A DNA stretch of 64,000 nucleotides from Minisyncoccota bacterium (GTDB lineage: Bacteria > Patescibacteriota > Minisyncoccia > Phycocordibacterales > SBAW01): the NCBI GenBank assembly GCA_035548815.1, contig DASZSF010000004.1, positions 57,261 to 121,260 of the forward strand, written 5' to 3'. Both the position numbers and the translations under genes were made by a program. Shown here in pieces: positions 29,832 through 40,176 of this stretch. Under the pieces are notes generated by a model that worked only from the letters and a program-made list of their open reading frames with translations, did not search any database and was not told the DNA's origin. Each line of letters starts with the position of its first letter. Position 1 is the first letter of the stretch.

Positions 29832-30835
29832 CCCCCCCTCGCGTGACCGTACTTATGCCCGTGTACAATGGTGCGCGGTATCTGCGTGATGCCATGGACA
29901 GCATTCTAGCCCAGACCTATGCGGACTTCGAATTCCTGATAGTGGACGACGGCTCGACCGACGAAAGCGTGGAAATAATACGATCCTATACTGATCCTCG
30001 GATCCGACTGGAGCGAAACGGAATGAATCGAGGCCTGGTATACAGCTTGAACCGAGGCATCAGCCTGGCCCGGGGCGGATATGTGGCTCGCATGGACTGC
30101 GACGACATAAGCCTTCCGCAGAGGCTGGCCGAACAGGTGGCATATTTGGACAAACACCGGGACATCGCGGTATGCGGCACGTGGGTCAAGACGCTCGGAG
30201 AGAGAGCTGCTGCCTACGAATATTTCTTGGACCCGGAGGATATCAAAGCTTCGCTCCTATTCACTACGTCCCTCGCCCACCCTACTGTCATGCTCAGAAA
30301 GTCTTTGCTCAAGGAAGCGGGGCTCGAATACGACCCGGCGCATGCTCATGCGGAAGACTACGGGCTATGGGTATCTTTGGTCCATGCCGGATACAAGCTC
30401 GCGAACCTTCCTCTCGTGTCTCTTCTCTACAGGCGGCATGTGGCAAGCGTAAGCGCCGCTCATAGCAAAGCGCAAAAAGAAACAGCGTCCGGCATACGAA
30501 ATGCGCAGCTCGCTTGGCTCGGGATCGATGCGAGCGCGGAACATATGGAAATCCATAACGGCATCAAAGGCGGAGAAAACTTCGTGCGGGATGCGGAAGC
30601 ATGGCTTACTACGATTCTAAATGCCAACAAAACATCGCGCGTATACAGCCAGCTTTCGCTTGGGCGCGTGGTATACCGGCGCTGGCGGACCATCTGCGGA
30701 GCGAATGCGGGCAGCGGGCTTATGACATGGCGCATGTTCATACGCTCTCCTCTTTCTCATCTTGCAGGCAGGCGTGAACGATACCTCGACAGCGCGAAGT
30801 TTTTTATTAAAGGGCTGCTAGCGCGGCCAGGATAG
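29816..30835 (+). CDS. GT2 family glycosyltransferase
   Basis: 339 aa; VTVLMPVYNGARYL...FLIVDDGSTD...DCDD. Confidence 0.85.
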   Translation: MDTTLAPPRVTVLMPVYNGARYLRDAMDSILAQTYADFEFLIVDDGSTDESVEIIRSYTDPRIRLERNGMNRGLVYSLNRGISLARGGYVARMDCDDISLPQRLAEQVAYLDKHRDIAVCGTWVKTLGERAAAYEYFLDPEDIKASLLFTTSLAHPTVMLRKSLLKEAGLEYDPAHAHAEDYGLWVSLVHAGYKLANLPLVSLLYRRHVASVSAAHSKAQKETASGIRNAQLAWLGIDASAEHMEIHNGIKGGENFVRDAEAWLTTILNANKTSRVYSQLSLGRVVYRRWRTICGANAGSGLMTWRMFIRSPLSHLAGRRERYLDSAKFFIKGLLARPG

Positions 30836-31913
30836 TCTTGGCCCGCGCGTCCCAGGTAGAAGCCTCGGCTTTCGAGCGCGCCGCGTGCGCGAGCGCCTCG
30901 GCATGCGCGCGCTCTTTACGCACACGCTCGATAGCATGCGCGAGCGCTCTCGCGTCGTCGGGCACGAACGCGGTTGCGCAGTCCTGCAGCACCTCGCGCA
31001 TGACGGGCAGATCAGAATAGATGATCGGCTTCCCGCTCGCCATATATTCGTATGCCTTCATGGGGAAGCCGTAGTCGCGGAAATGCGGCTGGTCGGGGTA
31101 CGGAATCGCGAGCGCATCCACAGCCTGCTCGTAGGCAGGAACATGCTCTGTGGGCACGAGAGGCACAAATATGCACCGGTCTTCCACGCCCTCTTTCTCT
31201 GCATACGCGCGATACTCCTCTATCTCCCCCGCCCGCCCGCCTACGAACACCATCTTCATCGTTCGATCATCGCTATGGCGCAGGGCTTTGATCATGACTT
31301 CGAGCCCTTTGCTCATGCCAAGGGTCTTGTAGAGGCCCACGTACCCGACCAAAAAGCCCTCCGGAAGCCCCAATTCCTGCCGCAGTGCAGTTGTATTTTT
31401 TGACGCACTATAGGGGGCAAGGTCCACCCCTCCGTAGGCTACGACGACGCGTCCAGCATCGACGCCGGTTGCGGCGACAAGCTGGTTCTTGAGATGGCGC
31501 GTCGTCGCAACCAAGCAGTCGCTTCCCTCTGCCACCGCCCTGTCGCGCCAGTCGCCAAAAAGCATATGCCAATCCGACGCGATGCGGAACGACGCGCCCA
31601 GCACCCGCCGCCAAAACATAAGGAGCACGAGGAGGTTGGGGTCGTTCGCAAAGTACACCGTGTCCTTGCCCGCCCCGTATGTGCGTATGAGGCCGGGCAG
31701 CTTAAAGAAGTACTGTAGTCGCACGCCACGCCGCACGCGCAGATGTACGTTTTCGTGAGGAATACCGGCAAGCGCGTTTTCCGCAGCCTCCGCCACCACA
31801 AGCGTAAAGGCGCCCGGCAGCAAACGAGCGAACGCGTCCGCCATTTTCTCGACAAAAAAATGGTCAGCGGTGGAAGCCGGATATGTCTTTGCCGTCACAT
31901 AGACGAGCTTCAT
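30807..31913 (-). CDS. GT4 family glycosyltransferase
   Basis: 368 aa; C-terminal Glycos_transf_1 region ...FPMKAYEYMASGKPII... Confidence 0.85.
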   Translation of the reverse strand: MKLVYVTAKTYPASTADHFFVEKMADAFARLLPGAFTLVVAEAAENALAGIPHENVHLRVRRGVRLQYFFKLPGLIRTYGAGKDTVYFANDPNLLVLLMFWRRVLGASFRIASDWHMLFGDWRDRAVAEGSDCLVATTRHLKNQLVAATGVDAGRVVVAYGGVDLAPYSASKNTTALRQELGLPEGFLVGYVGLYKTLGMSKGLEVMIKALRHSDDRTMKMVFVGGRAGEIEEYRAYAEKEGVEDRCIFVPLVPTEHVPAYEQAVDALAIPYPDQPHFRDYGFPMKAYEYMASGKPIIYSDLPVMREVLQDCATAFVPDDARALAHAIERVRKERAHAEALAHAARSKAEASTWDARAKTILAALAAL

Positions 31914-32093
31914 GGTTGGACTATAATAGCACGGTGATTGAAAAATTTAAAAAGCTTGTGCATGCCCCACGTCTCCTGTGCAACAGATTTGGATATTGCG
32001 TGCGCCGGTATCGGATGCCGCAATCGAGCGTATCCTCAAATAGGACAGTACTGTGACCGTATTCACGAATATTCATTTCCTTAGGAAAGGAAT

Positions 32094-32939
32094 TTATCGT
32101 TCAGGCCGAGCAACATACGTATCATATCGCCCAATGAACGAAGCGAAGTTTTCGCGCGTGCATTCTTCCCCTCCTAATGTAAAAAGACTGTACTTATGCT
32201 GTTGGAGCCAAACAAGAATATCATCACGCGTATGCGGGTACACCACAAGATTCTTTGGCTCTATTTCCAAAAACAAAACGGGGCGGACGTTCTCTAAGAA
32301 TTCCGTAGCGCCTTCAAGTATCCACAACTCCGACCCTTCGGTGTCGAGCTTCATCACATCAACACGTGGCTTGCCGGCACGCTTCCACCACAGGTCAAAC
32401 GTGATCATTTGGACATCGACGGGAATAGGTTCGCCTGCCCTGCCGGTATCGAAAAATCCGTCGCCTGAAGAATCCGGCGAGAAATGGGTTATGAATTGAA
32501 CCATCCCTTCTTTATTGCCAAGCGCCTGCGGAGAGAGCGTGATTCTGTGCGACAATGCATTCTTCTGTATCGTCATAGCAAAATACCGATGTTGTTGAGG
32601 TCCTGGTTCGAACGCATATATGCACGTGCCTGGTGCATGTGAAGCGACATACAAGCTTATGAGGCCAATATTCGCCCCGACATCAAGAAAGACAGCGCCT
32701 GACGGAGGAAGTTCGGAGGTAATGGCCTTGCACATTTTCTCTTCAAAAATCCGGGACGGCCGGATTTTTTTGATAAGGATATCGCCCGCCCCGTACCACA
32801 AATCATACCCGCAATACGGAATATGACAGAGCGCGGAACCGCCGTTCATAATCCTGTCTTTAACAATAGCCTGGTAGTGCCGCAGAAAGTTCCACACACG
32901 CTTCGGAGTCATCTTTTTTACTGATGATTTTAACGTCAT
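32094..32939 (-). CDS. FkbM-family methyltransferase
   Basis: 281 aa; FLDVGANIG...YAFEP...MKLDTEGSE are Methyltransf_21 hallmarks. Confidence 0.85.
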   Translation of the reverse strand: MTLKSSVKKMTPKRVWNFLRHYQAIVKDRIMNGGSALCHIPYCGYDLWYGAGDILIKKIRPSRIFEEKMCKAITSELPPSGAVFLDVGANIGLISLYVASHAPGTCIYAFEPGPQQHRYFAMTIQKNALSHRITLSPQALGNKEGMVQFITHFSPDSSGDGFFDTGRAGEPIPVDVQMITFDLWWKRAGKPRVDVMKLDTEGSELWILEGATEFLENVRPVLFLEIEPKNLVVYPHTRDDILVWLQQHKYSLFTLGGEECTRENFASFIGRYDTYVARPER

Positions 32940-33580
32940 ACGCGGGCGACTGTCGCGGTCACTATATAGCCTAGCGCATAATCGCTCCTTTGGTAACGCT
33001 TGGATGAGGCCCTACTTAATGCAGCAAAAGACATATCGAGCAGCCGGACGACGTGACGGCTGATCGTGTAATTGAAGTACCGCAATGGAATCGGCAGCAG
33101 ACGATCTATCATAAGGAGCCGAGCAGCAAATACACCGCTTCCCAGTGCCTCTACTTTTATCTCTGTGCAGCCGACAAGCGTAAGTTCTCGTTCAAGCGCC
33201 GTAGCGCTGAATCTATGGAAATCCTGGGGCGAGGGGTGATACGGGAATAGAAACGGGACGAGAATGGTAAGAGTCCCTCCAGGACGAACCACCCTACACG
33301 CCTCCTTCAAAAAAGCATGGTACCCAAATATGTGTTCGAGCACATTCATCAAAAGCGCGTGGTCATACGAAGCATCATTCAAAGGCAAAGGAAGCTCAAG
33401 GTCATGAAGAAGGTCTGGGCACGCTTGTTTGCTCACGTTAACAGTATAGAAGGTGTGGTCTCCCCCCAAAAGCCTCTGATAATGCGAACCTCTCTCCCCA
33501 CCCAAATCAAGCACCGACCCATTTAGCACTTGTTCCGAAAGAATTCGCTCTTCCTCAATCCTAAGCAGTGAAGGAATCAT
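32936..33580 (-). CDS. Class I SAM-dependent methyltransferase
   Basis: 214 aa; VLDLGGERGSHY, LLMNVLEHI, VRPGGTLTILVP. Confidence 0.7.
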   Translation of the reverse strand: MIPSLLRIEEERILSEQVLNGSVLDLGGERGSHYQRLLGGDHTFYTVNVSKQACPDLLHDLELPLPLNDASYDHALLMNVLEHIFGYHAFLKEACRVVRPGGTLTILVPFLFPYHPSPQDFHRFSATALERELTLVGCTEIKVEALGSGVFAARLLMIDRLLPIPLRYFNYTISRHVVRLLDMSFAALSRASSKRYQRSDYALGYIVTATVARV

Positions 33581-34644
33581 AAGTGTTTAGGGGTTGGCTT
33601 GTAACGGTTGAAAAACACCGCCATGCGCCTTGCCACATGTTCCGCATCACATTGTTCAACTGCATATGCCCGGGCCTGGGCGCCCAGACGCGCACGCAAC
33701 TCATCATCCTCGAGAAGGCGCCTGATTGCTGAACGCAATTCGGGCACGCTCTTTTGAGCTACCAGTATACCTGTTTCCCCGCTGCGTATGTATGACTCCA
33801 TGGCAAACGTCTTGCTCGCGATAACCGCCTTTCCCATTGCCATCGCCTCCACAAGCGTTGAAATACCCATGGAGTCATTAGTCCCTCCGGCAGTGTTCAA
33901 AGGCAGTACCACTATCTTTGAGGCAGCATACTCATCCAACAATTCCTCTTCGGAAAGCCGACGGACTTCGACATTGGAAGGCAGCGCGCGGGGAAAACGT
34001 TTCACTCTGTGAGATCTTGTGACCAAAAGGCGTACCGGCAAGCCTTCTAGGGCGGCAAACAATGTGGGATAGTCCCGTCCCGGATCCAACCCCACGCTTA
34101 GAATTTGATTTTTTTCTTGAACATCTCGAGGCCTAAAATACTCCGTATCAGTTCCGTACGGTATATACTCTATCTTTCCCCGCAACATCGGAAATCGCAG
34201 TTCCAGGCGGTTTTTTTCTTCTTCACTTATCGTCACTATCCCGGAACTATGTCGAATGATAAACGAAAGGAGTTTCTGCCGCCACGTTGCGAGATCACCT
34301 AAAAACCCGGTGAGGCTATAGTCGTACAGCACCCACTTTGGCTTTGTAACGCCAAATAGTATCCATAATAACTGGGATGAAAACGAATTCACATGAAAGA
34401 CTACATCATTCGAGAAAAAAGCAGGGAACAGCGGCAGGTGAGAAAGGTACACGCGTAATATATGGTGCCTCAGCCACGAAGCGACGGCGCGCGGCATGTA
34501 GTGTTCCAGCTCTACGTACGCTGTGTTTATTCCATACTTCCGAAGGCGGAGGAGACCATAAAATTGATTGTCACTTAATTCCCCTCGGGCAACACGCTCA
34601 AGTTTGTCACCCCTATATGCTGAATACAAGTAAAGCAGTTTCAT
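33577..34644 (-). CDS. GT4 family glycosyltransferase
   Basis: 355 aa; Glycos_transf_1-like C-terminal half (...GISTLVEAMAMGKAVIAS...). Confidence 0.8.
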   Translation of the reverse strand: MKLLYLYSAYRGDKLERVARGELSDNQFYGLLRLRKYGINTAYVELEHYMPRAVASWLRHHILRVYLSHLPLFPAFFSNDVVFHVNSFSSQLLWILFGVTKPKWVLYDYSLTGFLGDLATWRQKLLSFIIRHSSGIVTISEEEKNRLELRFPMLRGKIEYIPYGTDTEYFRPRDVQEKNQILSVGLDPGRDYPTLFAALEGLPVRLLVTRSHRVKRFPRALPSNVEVRRLSEEELLDEYAASKIVVLPLNTAGGTNDSMGISTLVEAMAMGKAVIASKTFAMESYIRSGETGILVAQKSVPELRSAIRRLLEDDELRARLGAQARAYAVEQCDAEHVARRMAVFFNRYKPTPKHL

Positions 34645-35684
34645 GCCAGAGTAGGATTCATCTCGCGCACAAAGCGTCTCGCCAGATTATTGAGCGAATG
34701 ATATGACGCGAACACACGTTCCTGTTTGATATTTTTTGTCCTCGTATCCGCATCCATTTCCAGAGCATGTGAAAGTTTTTTTGCAATTTCTGCAGGCCCA
34801 TACGATTGAATAACGAGCGGCTGCTCAAGGTAACCGGCCGCGTCCTTATTGGCGGTGACAACTATGCACTCGCATGCTGCTGCTTCCAGTATCGTCTTGT
34901 CGAACATTCCTTGAGGACTCACATTTACAAATATTTCATGCGCGTTATAGATCTCCGGCGCTTTGTCGTTTGCGATGCCTGAAAAAAACGATACATATTC
35001 GACTAGCCCTAATTCCTGCACGCGAGCATACAGCTTTTTTTCGTACTCTGCGTCAGCAGGAAGCACACTACCATAGATCGATGCAGTAAACTCAACTTTC
35101 TCTTTTTTCAAAATGTCGAAAGCCTCGATAAGCAGGTGAATATTTTTTGAAGGTGAAATTCTGCCGAGTGAAAGAATGGAGCGAGCCTTTCGCTCTATAG
35201 CGGGCATACGAATAAATTTTTCGAGCGGAACGCCCACAGGCATACACACCGCATTGCTAAACTTTGCTGTATAGGAACTATTCGAAGTGTAAAAAACTTT
35301 TTTGCAAAACCATGCAGCGATATCTGTAAGGAGTGAGCCGGCATAATGGTTCCGCCAGAGGTATACGCGCTTGCCTAAAAGCTTCCACAGCCATCCGCCC
35401 AAGAGCACATATTCCTGATTCATATGCACGAACACTGCATCATATTCATTTCGTTTCTGCCATATGCGCGCAAAAAACTTCCATGCATACGAAAGCCGCG
35501 ATGGCTTGGACTCTTTACCAAGCGATACGACTTCTATATTTTGCGGGAATGTATTTCTTCCTTTTTTGAGACATAGCACAGTCGCCTGTTCTGCATGCGC
35601 AGCAATAGTCTCGACCCACGAATGGTATACGCTCAGCGTCGGGTCATCTAAATCTATAGCTTGTGTAATGATGAGAAGTTTCAT
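34641..35684 (-). CDS. GT4 family glycosyltransferase
   Basis: 347 aa; ...SLGRISPSKNIHLLIEAF...EIFVNVS...LEAAACECIVV... Confidence 0.8.
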   Translation of the reverse strand: MKLLIITQAIDLDDPTLSVYHSWVETIAAHAEQATVLCLKKGRNTFPQNIEVVSLGKESKPSRLSYAWKFFARIWQKRNEYDAVFVHMNQEYVLLGGWLWKLLGKRVYLWRNHYAGSLLTDIAAWFCKKVFYTSNSSYTAKFSNAVCMPVGVPLEKFIRMPAIERKARSILSLGRISPSKNIHLLIEAFDILKKEKVEFTASIYGSVLPADAEYEKKLYARVQELGLVEYVSFFSGIANDKAPEIYNAHEIFVNVSPQGMFDKTILEAAACECIVVTANKDAAGYLEQPLVIQSYGPAEIAKKLSHALEMDADTRTKNIKQERVFASYHSLNNLARRFVREMNPTLA

Positions 35685-35688
35685 GTTT

Positions 35689-36573
35689 TTAGAGCGTATC
35701 TCGCCATTGGCGTTTCCATTCTTCGCGTGTTGGCATCGTAAGTTTCAACTCCCCTTTCGTACCTTCTGCAAACACGTCTTTCAAGGCATGAGCAAGCTCT
35801 ATATGTGGCACCACTACCGCTCCCGCCTGGCGTGCAATGCCGACGTCGGGGGCCACAACAGGCACGCCTGCAGCCAAGGCTTCAATAATACTTGCCCCAA
35901 AACTTTCCTGCCATGATGTGCAAAGTACTGCGTCAGCCTTTTCAAGATATGGGAGCGGGTCGACCCAGCCTGGGAACTCTACATGTACTCCCACCGCCCC
36001 TCGTTCAAGCTCTTCTTTCATGCGACCATCGCCGAGCATGATTAACCGCACATCAGGTATAGTACGAGCTACCTCTTTAAAAATACTAAGCGCGGCACGT
36101 GGATTCTTTTCATGCTCAAAGCGCCCGATCCAAAGCACAGTTTTGCCTTCGTGCGAAATCCGATGCACAGATCTGAATTTTTCTAGTTCGACGAATATTG
36201 GAAGCACGTGGACATCAGGGACACCCAAAAGTTCGGCTTGTGTCTTTAGTTTGTTCGATACGACCCGCACAGAATCTGCGCGACGAAGTACGTATCCCGC
36301 GATCATCCGTTTGATAAACGACTGATTGGCGAGATCTGCATGGAGTTGCGCAGAGAATCGCACCTTCGCCTTGCGTGCGGCACGCAAGGCTGCAAGTCCG
36401 CGCCAAAACGGGTCTTGCACTGTGACAACGTCAAATCTCCGCGCGTCGGGAATGCGCGCCGCTCCTTTGCCCCAATACACGACCTGCAACTCATCAACAG
36501 CTTCTCGCTGCAATTCAAAACGTGCGTTGCCCGGACCAAAACGTTTATCGCCGGTTATCGTGAGTACTTTCAT
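35689..36573 (-). CDS. GT4 family glycosyltransferase (short)
   Basis: 294 aa; ...WIGRFEHEKNP...FPGWV...SWQESFGASIIEALAAGVPVV... Confidence 0.8.
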   Translation of the reverse strand: MKVLTITGDKRFGPGNARFELQREAVDELQVVYWGKGAARIPDARRFDVVTVQDPFWRGLAALRAARKAKVRFSAQLHADLANQSFIKRMIAGYVLRRADSVRVVSNKLKTQAELLGVPDVHVLPIFVELEKFRSVHRISHEGKTVLWIGRFEHEKNPRAALSIFKEVARTIPDVRLIMLGDGRMKEELERGAVGVHVEFPGWVDPLPYLEKADAVLCTSWQESFGASIIEALAAGVPVVAPDVGIARQAGAVVVPHIELAHALKDVFAEGTKGELKLTMPTREEWKRQWRDTL

Positions 36574-37646
36574 AAAGCTGTAAGAAGTGCGGAGACGCTG
36601 TCAAGCGTGCGGTCTATAGAAAAATATTTCGATTTCTCCCGTGCTGCGGCGCGGCGCATACGCCACGCGTCCTTGTCAGCATAGACGCTCTCAAGGGCGG
36701 CGAGGAACCCCGCTTCGTCATTAGGCGCAAGGAGGATGCCTTCTTTTCCGTTCTCAATCAATTCCGGAATACTTCCAATATTCGTGGCGATAATCGAGGC
36801 TCCCACGGTCATCGCTTCGGCGATCTGAAAAGAAAAACTCTCGAACGAGGAATTGAGCACGAAGGCGTCTGTGGCCTCGCACCAGCCAAGCACCTCTGCG
36901 CGAGGGATTTCTCCTGTAAATGTTACGCGCTCGCGCACGCCCTCCGTCTGTGCCAATGCTTCAAGCGACGCCCGTTCCGGGCCGTCCCCCACGATGACTA
37001 AGTGCCATGCTGGCATACGCGTCAGCACGCGCATCAAAAGGCCGAACCCTTTCCAGGGCACGAGACGTCCAATCGACACCATACAGGGATGTGCTATAGG
37101 TCCCCTAGGTCTTCGGGATTCTTCCTCTCCTATGCCGTTATAGATGACAACAAGGCGTTCCGACAAAACACCCCAGGTCAGGACCACCGTCCGAAAATAG
37201 ATGCTCGGCACGATAACGCGATCGGCGCGTCTTACGACAAAGCGTTGTACGCGGCGCACCGCCTCGGTGCGGAGTCTGTATCGCCGTGTTTGAAACACAT
37301 CTATGGTGTCGGTGATACCCCATCGCTGGCGCGCCTGTTCCCATGCATAGTCTCCGGGCACGCGAACAACGAATCTCTTTCGTAGCAGGAACGCTGCAAG
37401 TGCAGCAGGAAGGCCGACTGATACAGTATCTTGCGCAAATAGGGCGTCCGCCGGGCGCGCAAGCCAGCACAGCCACAGGAAGTACACCGTATGCCGCAGG
37501 AACCTGGGCAAATGCCGCACAGCGCCAAACGGGAGTACATCTACTCTAATCCCTCGTGAAGGCAGATGTTCTTCAAACAGCTTTGCATATGTCGCCGGCC
37601 CTCCGACATCGGGGGGATAGAGGCCTGTAGCTAAGAGAATTCGCAT
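36570..37646 (-). CDS. GT4 family glycosyltransferase
   Basis: 358 aa; ...SIGRLVPWKGF...VGDGP...NSSFESFSFQIAEAMTVGASIIATN... Confidence 0.85.
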   Translation of the reverse strand: MRILLATGLYPPDVGGPATYAKLFEEHLPSRGIRVDVLPFGAVRHLPRFLRHTVYFLWLCWLARPADALFAQDTVSVGLPAALAAFLLRKRFVVRVPGDYAWEQARQRWGITDTIDVFQTRRYRLRTEAVRRVQRFVVRRADRVIVPSIYFRTVVLTWGVLSERLVVIYNGIGEEESRRPRGPIAHPCMVSIGRLVPWKGFGLLMRVLTRMPAWHLVIVGDGPERASLEALAQTEGVRERVTFTGEIPRAEVLGWCEATDAFVLNSSFESFSFQIAEAMTVGASIIATNIGSIPELIENGKEGILLAPNDEAGFLAALESVYADKDAWRMRRAAAREKSKYFSIDRTLDSVSALLTAL

Positions 37647-37664
37647 GAATAAATCGTATCGCCT

Positions 37665-38777
37665 TTAAGACAGAGCGGCAAAGGCCTCCTCGTTCATACG
37701 GCGCGCCACAATATCCCAATCATACTGGGCGGCGAGCGCTTTCGCCCGTGCAGCAATTGCAGCGCGTTCATCTGCATGTAGAAGCGCGCGAGTAACTGCC
37801 GCCGCAATGTTTTTTGGATTATCAACTTCTGCAACATACCCCGTCTCGCCATCTTTCAGAAAATCCGGAATGCCCCCAACGTGTGTACCGATAATCGGAA
37901 GTCCTGCAGCCATCGCTTCGATAAATGCATTTCCCATTCCCTCTGATCGGCTCGGACGAATAAAAATGTCAGCCCGCTCCAGAAATTGAGGCAGTTCTCT
38001 GTGGTCGATATGTCCTACAAATTCTACGCGGCTAGCAACCCCTGCCGTTTGCGCAAGCTCTTTGAGCATTACTTCATCAGGCCCAGTTCCTGCAACTTTG
38101 AAACGCACTGTTTCTGGCAGCAATGCTAGCGCGCGAATTACATCATCGACTGCATTTTTATGTACGAGGCGGGAGGCAGTCACAAGTACAATTCCTTCAT
38201 GCTCCACGCGCGATACCGAAAAATGCGCGAGATCTACACCATTTGGAATGATATGAACAGGCCCTTGATAGCCAGCATGTTTTGCCCAGGTTCCCAAAAA
38301 ATTTGAAATGGCGGTGATTGAACGGGCGCGCATGAAACCATACGACAAAAGTGGCGCGAAGAATTTAATGTACCAGCGCTCAAAGACATGTTCGAACGGG
38401 TCCCCTTCTTGGAGGGTCAGAATATATGGAACATGCACGCCAAAAAGTATTCGAAGTAGCGCAATGGGAAACGTCATGTACGACATCATCGCCCACATCC
38501 CATCAAAATGTTGTACACTGAGCGTCCGCGCTCGAAGTACTGCACGTGGAATAAATAGAACCTTCGAAAGATACGATGCGCCGCTCCCAACACGGTACAC
38601 GTGCACGCGGCCGACTATTTCTTCCATCGGTTCGTCCTGGCTCCACCGCATGGTGACCATATGGAACTCGATGTTGGGCAGGCGGTCAGTGATCTCTTTT
38701 ATTGCCACTTCAGCACCGCCAACATGCGGGTAGTAGGCCAAGGAAAATATCAGTATTTTCTTCTTTTGTTCGGGCAT
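37665..38777 (-). CDS. GT4 family glycosyltransferase
   Basis: 370 aa; ...TASRLVHKNAVD...VAGTGPD...PSRSEGMGNAFIEAMAAGLPIIGTHVGGIPD... Confidence 0.85.
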   Translation of the reverse strand: MPEQKKKILIFSLAYYPHVGGAEVAIKEITDRLPNIEFHMVTMRWSQDEPMEEIVGRVHVYRVGSGASYLSKVLFIPRAVLRARTLSVQHFDGMWAMMSYMTFPIALLRILFGVHVPYILTLQEGDPFEHVFERWYIKFFAPLLSYGFMRARSITAISNFLGTWAKHAGYQGPVHIIPNGVDLAHFSVSRVEHEGIVLVTASRLVHKNAVDDVIRALALLPETVRFKVAGTGPDEVMLKELAQTAGVASRVEFVGHIDHRELPQFLERADIFIRPSRSEGMGNAFIEAMAAGLPIIGTHVGGIPDFLKDGETGYVAEVDNPKNIAAAVTRALLHADERAAIAARAKALAAQYDWDIVARRMNEEAFAALS

Positions 38778-38799
38778 AGAAAAAGGCCTGTGTGTAGCC

Positions 38800-40176
38800 T
38801 TATTCTACTTCAAACTCCTGATCTTCCCCACTAGTTTCTGCTTTTCTGTCCATATGCCTAAAAGGCCACCCTAGGCGCTCGCGGGGCACGATATATGATG
38901 CAGCGCCAAGTCCTATCAGCACGATTCCAAGAACCCCTAGCCCCCATGCCCACAGAGGCCACGGCGCGTGCGAAGCTCCTACTGCCGCTACTAAACTTGT
39001 ATCGGGTGATGGCTTTTTTGGTTGCGCCGACTGCGGCGATGCCGAAGCAGAGCCGGCCTCGTCGCGCTTTGCGCGGTCGAGAGGCTGCTGCGCAGGCTTT
39101 ACCAGCGTTTGTGTTGGTGATTGTGATTCTGATTGAGGCACGGCGGTCGCAACTACAGCATTGTTTGGATAGCGCAACACAACATCTTCCCCCACACTCA
39201 TATGCATCACGGACGGCGCAAACTGGATGCGCGCATTGCCGACAAGAATTGTGTCTTGTGGAATAGAAAAACTATTAGCACCGGATGTGATGCTCCATAA
39301 ACCAATATTGAGTTCGTACGGCGACTGATTTGAAAGAACGACCGAGCCATCAGATTCCGCAAGCACGCCGATGCGCGCAGGAGCTGCCTCCACACTCGTT
39401 CGCACAATGCCCGCGCTGTCTCCAGGCACCGATGCCGTGAGCATTACAACGTACGTGCCTGGGTACGCATACACATGAAATACTGTCTGCCCTTCTTGGA
39501 TAGCTCCGTCGCCAAAATTCCACAAAAAGCGAACACCCTTCCCCTTAGCACCACTTGAATCAGACGCCGATGCGCTAAAGAACGAACCGGCACCCGCCGT
39601 AGCAACTGGCTCTGTTTGTATTTCTACATGTAGTGTTTCGGCCGCGCCGCCAACGTTTGAAATGGTCGTTGTTTGCGCTTGCTGGGTTCCGGTTTGAGTT
39701 TGCGCGGGAGACGAATCTGCATCGTCGTTACTTAGAGATCCGCCCGCGACGCTCGAACCAATAGTTATAGTTTGTGTAAGCGTCGCAATAACAGAAGCAA
39801 GAGCATCAGCCCACAAGGCACACGACGCGCTCACGGTGTCGGGTTTAGGCGCCACTTTTGCCACAAGTGTAAACGTGCCAGCAGTAGAATCTTTGTAAAA
39901 GATGGAGCGGTTCGAAGTATTTTTGCTCATCGTGACTGCCACGACAGAGTTCCAATTTGTCGCACTTGAAGAAAACTGCCCCGTGGAAGAAGTACTCGAC
40001 AAAAGCACGCATGTCGTCGCGCTCGCAGGAGCATTTGCCGCAACAGTTATAGCGCCCGACACAGTGCCAGGCGCTACTGTTTGCGCATCTGTCGAAAAAA
40101 AGAACGAGTCATCGGCGCTCGCACACAGCGGCAGCATCAGCGCACACACAATATAGGCGGCCTTAGCGGTTCGCAT
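38800..40176 (-). CDS. Type I membrane / surface protein with signal peptide, PKD domain and C-terminal TM anchor
   Basis: 458 aa; SP MRTAKAAYIVCALMLPLCASA; PKD motif FLWNFGDGAIQEGQTVFHVYAYPGTYVVMLTASV; TM WPLWAWGLGVLGIVLIGLGAASYIV. Confidence 0.7.
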   Translation of the reverse strand: MRTAKAAYIVCALMLPLCASADDSFFFSTDAQTVAPGTVSGAITVAANAPASATTCVLLSSTSSTGQFSSSATNWNSVVAVTMSKNTSNRSIFYKDSTAGTFTLVAKVAPKPDTVSASCALWADALASVIATLTQTITIGSSVAGGSLSNDDADSSPAQTQTGTQQAQTTTISNVGGAAETLHVEIQTEPVATAGAGSFFSASASDSSGAKGKGVRFLWNFGDGAIQEGQTVFHVYAYPGTYVVMLTASVPGDSAGIVRTSVEAAPARIGVLAESDGSVVLSNQSPYELNIGLWSITSGANSFSIPQDTILVGNARIQFAPSVMHMSVGEDVVLRYPNNAVVATAVPQSESQSPTQTLVKPAQQPLDRAKRDEAGSASASPQSAQPKKPSPDTSLVAAVGASHAPWPLWAWGLGVLGIVLIGLGAASYIVPRERLGWPFRHMDRKAETSGEDQEFEVE

